This document shows, piece after piece, positions 51,177-61,133 of a stretch of DNA of 64,000 bases. Origin of the DNA: Chiloscyllium plagiosum (lineage: Eukaryota); contig NC_057750.1 in NCBI RefSeq assembly GCF_004010195.1, positions 9,744,062 through 9,808,061 on the forward strand, given 5' to 3'. Positions within the stretch are counted from its first letter, which is position 1, and the number at the start of each line of letters is the position of its first letter. Position numbers and translations under genes: made by a program. Under the pieces are notes generated by a model. That model was not told the DNA's origin. It did not search any database and worked only from the letters and a program-made list of their open reading frames with translations.

Positions 51177-51888
51177 NNNNNNNNNNNNNNNNNNNNNNNN
51201 NNNNNNNNNNNNNNNNNNNNNNNNNNNNNNNNNNNNNNNNNNNNNNNNNNNNNNNNNNNNNNNNNNNNNNNNNNNNNNNNNNNNNNNNNNNNNNNNNNNN
51301 NNNNNNNNNNNNNNNNNNNNNNNNNNNNNNNNNNNNNNNNNNNNNNNNNNNNNNNNNNNNNNNNNNNNNNNNNNNNNNNNNNNNNNNNNNNNNNNNNNNN
51401 NNNNNNNNNNNNNNNNNNNNNNNNNNNNNNNNNNNNNNNNNNNNNNNNNNNNNNNNNNNNNNNNNNNNNNNNNNNNNNNNNNNNNNNNNNNNNNNNNNNN
51501 NNNNNNNNNNNNNNNNNNNNNNNNNNNNNNNNNNNNNNNNNNNNNNNNNNNNNNNNNNNNNNNNNNNNNNNNNNNNNNNNNNNNNNNNNNNNNNNNNNNN
51601 NNNNNNNNNNNNNNNNNNNNNNNNNNNNNNNNNNNNNNNNNNNNNNNNNNNNNNNNNNNNNNNNNNNNNNNNNNNNNNNNNNNNNNNNNNNNNNNNNNNN
51701 NNNNNNNNNNNNNNNNNNNNNNNNNNNNNNNNNNNNNNNNNNNNNNNNNNNNNNNNNNNNNNNNNNNNNNNNNNNNNNNNNNNNNNNNNNNNNNNNNNNN
51801 NNNNNNNNNNNNNNNNNNNNNNNNNNNNNNNNNNNNNNNNNNNNNNNNNNNNNNNNNNNNNNNNNNNNNNNNNNNNNNNNNNNNNNNN

Positions 51889-52275
51889 TGCTGCCTGCCT
51901 TGCTGTGTTCCTCTCCCTCCTGATGCTGCCTGCCTTGCTGTGTTCCTCTCCCTCCTGATGCTGCCTGCCTTGCTGTGTTCCTCTCCCTCCTGATGCTGCC
52001 TGCCTTGCTGTGTTCCTCTCCCTCCTGATGCTGCCTGCCTTGCTGTGTTCCTCTCCCTCCTGATGCTGCCTGCCTTGCTGTGTTCCTCTCCCTCCTGATG
52101 CTGCCTGCCTTGCTGTGTTCCTCTCCCTCCTGATGCTGCCTGCCTTGCTGTGTTCCTCTCCCTCCTGACGCTGCCTGCCTTGCTGTGTTCCTCTCCCTCC
52201 TGATGCTGCCTGCCTTGCTGTGTCCCTCTCCCTCCTGATGCTGCCTGCCTTGCTGTGTCCCTCTCCCTCCTGATG
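51889..52275. repeat. 35-bp minisatellite (at least 11 units) derived from a PLE terminus
   Basis: Unit tgctgtgttcctctccctcctgatgctgcctgcct; runs into the PLE-type end gtctaccttggatt..ccagcatttgcag. Confidence 0.95.
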
Positions 52276-52779
52276 GTCTACCTTGGATTGGATTCCAGCA
52301 TTTGCAGTTTTGTTTTTGTTTCTCCTGCAATTTCCACTCCTATTTCAGATGTCTACAGCCTTTTGCTTTTAGATTTCCTCTGCTCACAACCCCCCCACCA
52401 CCTCCATCGATTTCAAATATCCCGAATTAATCCTGCCTTTGCTCTCCACTGGGATATTGCTGTGTGGTACTGTTTCAGTCCCTAGTGAGACGTTCAGGTT
52501 CATCTTGAACAATAGACGCATTGGCCTGAAATAAACATTCGTGTGAATTTTCTTGAAAGTTATTTTGTCCCAAATGTGTGAAGCTTTCGCCCATCGACCT
52601 CCAGGTGTGTGGCACCACGTGCCAGCCAATGTGGCTGGATTTGTGGGGCAAGAGCTGAAGGATCATCAGCAGATACATGATGGGCCGAAGGGACAATATT
52701 TGTGCCCTACTGTTCCATGATCTTATCCTAAGTGAGTCAGGAAGGGGAATGTCGGGGAGGGTCAATAATGATGAACCTA

Positions 52780-53170
52780 CACCTGCAGTACTGCGTACAA
52801 TTCTGGTCTCCTTGCCCAGAAAAGGATCTGGTCTCCCTCCTATCGGAAAGATGTTGTGAAACTTGAAAGGGTTTAGAAAAAGACTTACAGGGGTGTTGTC
52901 AGGGTTGGAGGGTGTGAGCTATAGGGAGAGGTTGAATAGGCTGGGGCTGTTTTCCCTGGAGTGTCAGAGGTTGAGGGGTGACCTTATAGAGGTTTACAAA
53001 CTTATGAGGGGCATGGATAGGATGAATAGGCAAAGTCTTTTCCCCAGGGTGGGGGAGTCCAGAACTAGAGGGCATTGGTTTAGGGTGAGAGGGGAAAGAT
53101 ATAAAAGGCATCTTCGGGGCAACGGGTTGGACTGAAGGGTCTGTTTCCATGCTGTACATCTCTATGACCT
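52780..53170 (+). mobile_element. CR1/HER1-type LINE fragment
   Basis: SYRERLNRLGLFSLECQRLRGDLIEVYKLMRG. Confidence 0.9.
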
Positions 53171-53334
53171 CGATGACGAGCAGTTCAGAGAGTGTTCACT
53201 CAACTTGTTCCTGGAGTGGAGAGAAATTGTCTTCCAAAGAATGATTGAATTGGACCTGTATCGATTGGAATTTAGAGGATGTCATCTTACAGAAACACAT
53301 GAGGCCCTGAGGGGACTTTGAGATTACTTTAAGG

Positions 53335-53805
53335 GGTGGCACGGTGGCTCAGTGGTTAGCACTACTGCCTCACAGCACCAGGGACCCGGGTTCGATTCCA
53401 ACCTCGGACAATCTTGTCCAACCTTGCACGTTCTCCCCGTGTCTGCGTGGGTTTCCACCGGGTGGTCCGGTTTCCTCCCACAGTCCAAAGATGTGCAGGT
53501 CAGGGTGGATTGGCCGTGCTAAATTGGCCATAGTGTTCAGGATGTGCAGGCTGGGTGGGATAGCCACAGGGTATGCAGGTAGAGGTGGGTACTGCAGATG
53601 CTGGAGATTAGAGCGGTGCTGGAAAAGCACAGCAGGTCAGGCAGCATCTGAGGAGAAGGAAAATCAACATTTCGGGCAAAAGCCCTTCATCAGGAATAAT
53701 GCAGGGTTACAAGGATTTGGGTGGGTCTGAGAGGGATGCGTTTTGGAAGATTGTTGTGGACTGGAAGGGCCAAATGGCCTCTTTCTGCACTGCAGGGCTT
53801 GTATG
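53335..53805 (+). mobile_element. HE1 SINE containing a PLE terminus (-) at about 53590-53697
   Basis: The PLE piece carries CUGAUGA-A-GGGC(UUUU)GCCC-GAAA-UG-UU on the minus strand (53693-53666). Confidence 0.8.
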
Positions 53806-54324
53806 ATTTGACAGGGTGGATGCTGACCAGTAGGAGGCAGAAATACTGAAAAATGCTGTTCCTGCTAAGTCCAATGCCAAATCCTATCCATCCCTTTCCC
53901 CTGTCCCATTCCCATGGCTCTGTAAAAATAACTCCAACACTCATTGGATGTCGAGTTGGCGGGGAAAGTTGGATGTCCTGCGCCACACCCCCAGGTCGAT
54001 TAGCTGAAAGAGTACGCATCGAACTTGGGTGGCACCGCGCTGGGAAAGACTCAAACAAGGCGACAGAGAAGATCATTAGTGTTTAGAATTCTCTTCAGTG
54101 GATCATTGAATAGATCCAAGGGCGATGGGCTCAGGGGAGAAACAATCAAGGGTTATCGTGAGGAGTGTGCAGACAGGAAAGTGGAGTTGAGACCACAACC
54201 AGCCGTGAATGGTGCAGCAGCTTTGACGGGCCGAATGGTCTACTTCAGCTTCCAAGGTCCTGATGGACAGAAAGTCTGGGAGTACAGCAGCAGTTCCAGG
54301 AAAGCCTACATGCTGGGGATGGGG

Positions 54325-54612
54325 AGATAGAATCCCTGCAGTGTGGAAGCAGGCTATTCAGCCCATCAAGTCCACACCTATCCTCTTAAGAGTATCCCAA
54401 TACCTGATTGCTACATTTCCCATGGTGAATTCATCTTTCCTGCATGTCCTTGGACACTAAGGGCAACTTAGCATGGCCCATCCACCCTAACCTGCACATC
54501 TTTGGACTGTGGGAGAAAACCAGAGCAAACCCACACAGACACCAGAAGATGGAATTGAACCCAGGTCGCTGGTGCTGTGAGGTAGTTGTGCTAACCATCA
54601 AGCCATAGAGCC
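54325..54612 (-). mobile_element. Old HE1 SINE
   Basis: Reverse-complement head and tail. Confidence 0.8.
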
Positions 54613-54733
54613 AGCCTCAGTGACCAAGGACTGAATGAGAATAAATGCTGCAAAGAGTTTGTTGAGGGTTCCTCACTGACTGTGTTTTGGCTCACAGTTT
54701 AGCAACAATTGCACAGGTTCTGAAAGTTGCCCA

Positions 54734-55912
54734 GTGTTACCCCCTCTCCACGGCCCAGTTTATGGGTGCGCTACCCAGCACTGTCCCCACTCCACGGCCC
54801 GGTTTATGGGTGTGCTGCCCCGCACTGCCCCCTCTCCACGGCCCAGTTTATAGGTGCGCTACCCAGCACTGCCCCCTCTCCCCAGGCCAGTTTATGGGTG
54901 TGCTGCCCAGCACTGCCCCCACTCCACGGCCCAGTTTATGGGTGCGCTACCCCACACTGCCCCCACTCCACGGCCCAGTTTATGGGTGCGCTACCCCACA
55001 CTGCCCCCACTCCATGGCCCAGTTTATTGGTGTGCTGCCCAGCACTGCCCCCACTCCACGGCCCAGTTTATGGGTGTGCTGCCCCACACTGCCCCCTCTC
55101 CACGGCCCAGTTTATGGGTGTGCTGCCCAGCACTGCCCCACTCCCCGGCCCAGTTTATGGGTGTGCTGCCCAGCACTGCCCCACTCCACGGCCCAGTTTA
55201 TGGGTGTGCTACCCCACACTGCCCCCTCTCCACGGCCCAGTTTATTGGTGTGCTGCCCAGCACTGCCCCCACTCCACGGCCCAGTTTATGGGTGTACTAC
55301 CCAGCACTGCCCCCTCTCCCCAGGCCAGTTTATGGGTGTGCTGCCCAGCACTGCCTCCTCTCCACGGCCCAGTTTATGGGTGCGCTACCCAGCACTGTCC
55401 CCTCTCCCCGGTCCAGTTTATGGGTGTGCTGTCCAGCGTTGCCCCCTCTCCATGGCCCAGTTTATGGGTGTGCTGCTCAGCAATGCCCCCTCTCCACGGC
55501 CCAGTTTATGGGTGTGCTGCCCAGCAGTGCCCCCACTCTCCATGGCCCAGTTTATGGGTGTGCTGCCCCACACTGCCCCCACTCCACGGCCCAGTTTATG
55601 GGTGCGTTGCCCAGCAGTGCCCCCTCTCCACGGCCCAGTTTATGGGTGTGCTGCTCAGCAATGCCCCCTCTCCACGGCCCAGTTTATGGGTGTGCTGCCC
55701 AGCAGTGCCCCCACTCTCCATGGCCCAGTTTATGGGTGTGCTGCCCCGCACTGCCCCCTCTCCACGGCCCAGTTTATTGGTGTGCTGCCCCACACTGCCC
55801 CCACTCCACGGCCCAGTTTATGGGTGCATTGCCCAGCAGTGCCCCCTCTCCACGGCCCAGTTTATGGGTGTGCTGTCCAGTGTTACCCCTCTGCATGGCC
55901 CAATTTATGAGG
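54734..55912. repeat. 44-bp GC-rich minisatellite (about 26 units)
   Basis: Unit ccacggcccagtttatgggtgtgctgcccagcactgccccctct. Confidence 0.95.
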
Positions 55913-56541
55913 GTTCTGCCCAGTGCAGTGTCAACCAGGTTCAATGTGCACTCTTTCAGCAAGTCGACTTGGAGAGGTGGCACAGGACATCCAACTCTCT
56001 GCACCAAAACTTTCCAACTCAACACCTAATGAGTGTCAGAGTTATTTTTACAGGGCTATGGGAATGGGATGGGGTGGGGTGGGGGAGGGGAGGGATTGAT
56101 GGGAAATGGCACGGGACTCAGCAGGAACAAGCAAACCCCCCTCCCCCCACTTTCCTGCAGCATTATTCAGTCATTACGCCTCCTACTGGAAAGTGGACAG
56201 ATGTGCATGTGAGAATGTGCTGGGGGAAGGTGATCAAACATTGGTGTGAAGCCTCTCGTTGTTGATCAGCCCACCCTTACCCTCAAAACTTGCTGGACAG
56301 TATGGCCCTGGTGGGCCCTTAAAACCACGTCTGGGAAATATGCTGAAGATGGAGCTGGAGAGTCGTCTCAAACAGGCAAAACGTCATGGGGCTGGGAAGC
56401 AGACAGCACAACCTGATCAACCATGGTCTTATTGGATGGGGCAGCAGGCTCAAAGGGCCGAATGGCCCTCTCCTATGGTTTGGAGAGAATCATACAGCAC
56501 AGATAAGGCTCTTTGGTCCAACAAATCTGTTCCAACACTAA

Positions 56542-56778
56542 GAGAGAAAGTGAGGGCTGCAGATGCTGGAGATCAGATCTGAAAATGTGTTGCTGGAAAA
56601 GCGCAGCAGGTCAGGCAGCATCCAAGGAACAGGAGAATCGACATTTCGGGCATAAGCCCTTCTTCCCCCACCCCACCCCATTCCATTCCTGAAGAAGGGC
56701 TTATGCCCGAAACGTCGATTCTCCTGTTCCTTGGATGCTGCCTGACCTGCTGAGCTTTTCCAGCAACACATTTTCAGC
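56542..56778. mobile_element. Young inverted PLE terminal insertion with an intact hammerhead core (+, 56689-56716)
   Basis: Near-perfect arms; TCTGTTCCAACACTAA direct repeats at 56526-56541 and 56779-56794; CUGAAGA-A-GGGC(UUAU)GCCC-GAAA-C-GUC. Confidence 0.88.
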
Positions 56779-57403
56779 TCTGTTCCAACACTAAAACCTG
56801 CACAGACCGCAGACAGCCGTGGATGCTGGCAATCAGAAACAAAAACAGTCATTTGCTGGAGAAACTCAGCAGATCTGCAGTGGAGAAAGAAACTGAGTTA
56901 ATGTCTTGGGTCCAGTGGCCCTTCTTCAGGACAGACTTATTCCAACCCCATTTTCCAGCACTTGGCCCATCGTCTTGTCTACTGTGGCCCCAAACCCATC
57001 GCCTCAATACTTCTTAAATATCTCAATGGTTTCTATCGCTATCAGGGAGCGAGATCCTGCACTGTCTGGGTGAAAATCAATTTCATCTAATCTACTCTAA
57101 AGCCTCCCCTTACTCCTTATCTGAAATCAGTAATACCTTACCCACAGTTATCAACTCTTGAGCGTTTCTCCCTCTCCACCCTGTCTACGCCCCTTAGAAG
57201 TTTGCATTCTGAAGAAAAAAATAACTTAGGAATTAAAATTTGGAAATTTAAACCCAAGAAACTGTCCCATTACCTCATCAGTTAAGGACAAAAGTCACAG
57301 CACACCAGGCTGTAGTCCATCAGGTTTATTTAAAATCACCAGCTTTCGGAGCATTGTCCCTTCATCAGGGGAAGTCTGCTCTTGGCAGAGCGGCAGCTCT
57401 GTG

Positions 57404-57714
57404 ATTAGATTAGATTACAGTGTGGAAACAGGCCCTTCGGCCCAACAAGTCCACACCGCCCCGCCGAAGCGAAACCCACCCATACCCCTACATTTACCCC
57501 TTACCTAACACCACGGGCAATTTAGCATGGCCAATTCACCTGACCCTGCACATCTTTTGGACTGTGGGAGGAAACCGGAGCACCCGGAGGAAACCCACGC
57601 AGACACGGGGAGAACGTGCAAACTCCACATAGTCAGTCGCCTGAGGCGGGAATTGAACCCGGGTCTCAGGCGCTGTGAGGCAGCAGTGCTAACCACTGTG
57701 CCACCGTGCCGCCC
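57404..57714 (-). mobile_element. Young HE1 SINE nested in PLE family 2 repeats (57285-57915)
   Basis: GTGAT on both sides; CpG-intact head. Confidence 0.9.
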
Positions 57715-57813
57715 GTGATAGCTTGTGATTCTAAATAAACTGATCCAACTACAACTTGGTGTCATGTGACTTTTGACTTTGTCCACCCCAGTCCAACACT
57801 GGTTGGTCAAACC

Positions 57814-57848
57814 CACCTGATGAAGGAGCAGCGCTCCGAAAGCTAGTG
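57814..57848 (+). ncRNA. Intact minimal hammerhead ribozyme (PLE family 2)
   Basis: CAC-CUGAUGA-A-GGAGC(AGC)GCUCC-GAAA-GC-UA-GUG: 3-bp stem I, 5-bp stem II and palindromic AGCU stem III. Confidence 0.7.
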
Positions 57849-57974
57849 CTTCCAAATAAACCTGTTGGACTATAACCTGGTGTTGCGTGATTTTTAACTT
57901 TGTCCACCCCAGTCAAAATCGGGAGATAGGGAGTTTATATCAACTACAGATTCCTTCCAGACTCGGGGGGAGCT

Positions 57975-58460
57975 TAGGACTTAAATTTGGAAATTTCAAC
58001 ACAAGAACTGTCTCGCTACTTCATCAGTTCAGGAGTTCATAACAATTACAGACTCCTTTTAGAATTTAGTCCTGATAAAATTGCTTAGGAATTAAAATTT
58101 GGGACAAGAACTGTCTCGCTACCTCATTGGTTAAGGAGTTTATAACAATTACAGACTTTGGTTAAGGAGTTTATAACAATTACAGACTTCTTAGAATTTT
58201 GTCTTGTAAAAATTGCTTAGAAATTAAAATCTGAGACAAGAACTGTCTCGCTACCCCATTGGTTAAGGAGTTTATAACAATTACAGACTTTGGTTAAGGA
58301 GTTTATAACAATTACAGACTTCTTAGAATTTTGTCTTGTAAAAATTGCTTAGAAATTAAAATCTGGGACAAGAACTGTCTCGCTACCTCATTGGTTAAGG
58401 AGTTTATAACAATTACAGACTTTGGTTAAGGAGTTTATAACAATTACAGATTTCTTTAGA
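57975..58460. repeat. AT-rich 132-bp tandem repeat with an internal 31-bp duplication
   Basis: gacaagaactgtctcgctac recurs at 58103, 58235 and 58367; ttggttaaggagtttataacaattacagact is doubled in each unit. Confidence 0.9.
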
Positions 58461-58576
58461 GCATGCTTCTGATAAGGTTCACAAGCGTCTCTGTTCAGCT
58501 GGAGCTGAGCTGGGAACGCAGTTGTGTGCTCTCTCTCACCGCCTTTGTGAAAATGGTTAAGAGGTTCAATACTGAC

Positions 58577-58913
58577 CTATAGTAGACACCACCGTCCCCA
58601 CAAAGTAAAAGGCTCCAGTGAAATCCCATCTGGGTCTCAGGGAGTCCACTCTGATACCGGTCACAATGGCTTCCTCATACTCCCTGAGGAAGGCGCCGAG
58701 CTCCAGGAGGCTGATGTTGTGACACCGGGTGAAGTTAGACAGCTTTCTGTTCCAAGCCCGCTGTGCCCGCAGTTCCCTGGGCCGCTCAATGGCCGAGAAC
58801 ACAGCCGCCCCGGACACCAGGTACAGCAGGATGAACAGGGCGAGCAAGGCGAAGCGAGCGTTATCCTCATTCAGCCTCAGCGCAAGGCAACAACTAGCCC
58901 TGCTCCCTCCCAT
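58577..58913 (-). CDS. KCNK13: THIK-family two-pore K+ channel (KCNK13/THIK-1-like), coding exon 1 (M1, cap, P1)
   Basis: Translates MGGSRASCCLALRLNEDNARFALLALFILLYLVSGAAVFSAIE...RPRWDFTGAFYFVGTVVSTI-G; LNEDNARF and WDFTGAFYFVGTVVSTIG are THIK-1 signatures. ATG in strong Kozak context (GGCGCTATGG); in-frame stop upstream at 59019-59021; donor G|GTCAGT at 58577/58576 (phase 1). Confidence 0.93.
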
Positions 58914-59351
58914 AGCGCCGGGCTCCTCTCCGGGAGACTGAGAGAAGAGAGCTGTCTGTGTGTTCCCTCCAGCCCAGCATTGGCTCCTGCTGTATCCCCA
59001 CCCACCCCTTGAGAGATTTCATCAGCCCTTCTCCCAATCAGCATCGACCTCTTGTAGGTCCAAATATGGAACAACACCGTCTCCAGCCTCCAGCCCTTAA
59101 AGTTGGACCCAGGAAATAAAACAGCAATTTCTCTCCTCTCAGACTGATACTGAAGGCAGGCCAGAGGAAGGTTCACAAGGATGCTGCTGGCCATGGAGTG
59201 ATCCTCCATACTTACTCATCGAAACTAGGGCTGCGGATGCTGGAAGTCAGGAAGAAAATCAGAAACCAGGAATTGTTGGAAAAGCTCAACAGGTCTGGCA
59301 GCATCTGTTGAGAGAAATCAGAGTTAATGTTTTGGGTCCGGTGACCAGTTG

Positions 59352-59790
59352 GAGTCATAGAGATGTACAGCATGGAAACAGACCCTTCGGTCCATCCCGT
59401 NNNNNNNNNNNNNNNNNNNNNNNNNNNNNNNNNNNNNNNNNNNNNNNNNNNNTATAAGGTCACCCCTCAGCCTCCGACGCTCCAGGGGAAAACAGCTCCA
59501 GCCTGTTCAGCCTCTCCCTGTAGCTCAGATCCTTCAACCCTGGCAACATCCTTGTAAATCCCTTCTGCACCTTTTCAAGTTTTACACCTTTCCTATTGAA
59601 GGGAGACTAGAATTGTATGCAATATTCCAAAAGTGGCCTCACCAACGTCCTGTACAGCCACAACATGACCTCCCAATTTCTATGCACAATACTCTGTCCA
59701 ATAAAGGAAAGGATACCAAACGCCTTCTTCACCACCCTGTCTACCTGCGACTCCACTTTCAAGGAGCTATGAACCTGCACTCCAAGGTCT
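59352..59790 (-). mobile_element. CR1/HER1-type fragment spanning the gap 59401-59452
   Basis: tataaggtcacccctcagcctccgacgctccagggg..accctggcaacatccttg. Confidence 0.85.
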
Positions 59791-61133
59791 CAGCACCTAA
59801 CTGTTTCAGAGATGTGTAGTAACATCTCTGAACAGGTTGATTGGAAATAATTTAGAATTGACATTTGAATTAGGGTGTCTTGGGTCCACGTAAGCCTGGA
59901 TTTGTTTGTTCAATAACTGAACCAATACACGGTCAGATCTGATTGCCATGAAGTTTCCCTGGAAGTATAGGGGAATATGAATGGGGCTAGCCTTCTCTCT
60001 GACTGGACACATGTTTCAGGGGCTCCCGACCCACAGACAATGGCTGAGCCTGTTTGAATTCCCCGTGAAATAGACTCAAACGTCGGAACTGACTTGGGGA
60101 GAACTCTGGAAGGGACATTTGGCATTTTATATCAATCTCCCATCCCTTCCCCCTCACCCGACACAATTTTATGAGGCCAGCTCACCACCACCTTCTCAAG
60201 GGGCAATTAGGGACAGGCAATAAATGTTGGGCCAAGCCAGCGATGCTTGAACAAACATTATGTGAAAAAATAATCCCTTCACCGCTAATGCCCAATCGCA
60301 GCAGTGTGCACCATCTACAAGATGCACAGCGGCAATTCTCCAAAGCTCCTCCAGCAACATCTTCCATTTGACCATCTAGAAGGACAAGGGCAGCAGATAC
60401 ATGGGAACACCACCCCCAGGAGGTTCCTCTCTGAGCCCCACACCGTCCTGACTTGAAGATATATCGCTGTATATTCAGAGTCACTCCCATCTATTACTTC
60501 TCCAGAATCCTGTTTACAAATGCATGTGGAAGCCTTATGCTCTACAGTCAAGGGCGTCATTCAAATGCAAGTATATGCTTTGTTTCGGATTGAAACTATT
60601 TTGATTCCATGGGGTGATCAAGCTAACCCCCAGCCCATACTTGCATGAGCTACGGATGAAGCTGCTAACTAGGCTACTTTCCCTTCACTGATTAATTCAT
60701 AAATCTCTGTGTTCCAACAACATCTCCAAATTTCTGCTCTTCCAGTTCCTCTGTGATCAGCCTGTGTTCTGTCACCTTTCTCCTGCCCAATTATCTCCTT
60801 CTGAACTCTCCATTTCTCTGGACCAGATTCCTCTCTCATTTTTCTTCACTCCCTTCTGCGGCCAGGCCTTGACCGTTAGCTAAGGACACTGCCTCCCACC
60901 AGTGTTCACCTTCTCCACTTCCTTTTCTTCCGTTCAGGTTCTCCCTCTGTGCTAAAGCCTTTCAGTGCTCCTCTTAATAACTCCAACTGGTGACCTGGCA
61001 GATGCTTCTCTGAAAGGGCGCGCTGAGAATCCAGAATCCTGTCGATGCTGACTGAGGTGCGGCAACCCATCTTTAAGAATCTCTTCCATCCTGTCAATAT
61101 CCTCAAATAGGGACCTGTGGAAGAGGCACCAGA

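Larger units (their letters stand above)
53827..56189. repeat. Diverged inverted repeat (arms 53827-54050 and 55914-56189)
   Basis: For example, the left-arm reverse complement gtggcgcaggacatccaact..aatgagtgttggagttatttttacagagccatgggaatggga aligns with the right arm gtggcacaggacatccaact..aatgagtgtcagagttatttttacagggctatgggaatggga. Confidence 0.85.

Noticed and set aside
51086..52330. 273-387 aa ORFs
   Set aside because: Mostly N-gap plus satellite.
54687..56265. Long ORFs of 391-512 aa in all three plus frames
   Set aside because: They arise from a stop-free 44-bp minisatellite, lie antisense within an intron, and have no domain content.
58877..59209. 110-aa ORF as an N-terminal extension of the channel
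   Set aside because: It is in a different frame from the channel, whose own frame is closed by TGA at 59019-59021.
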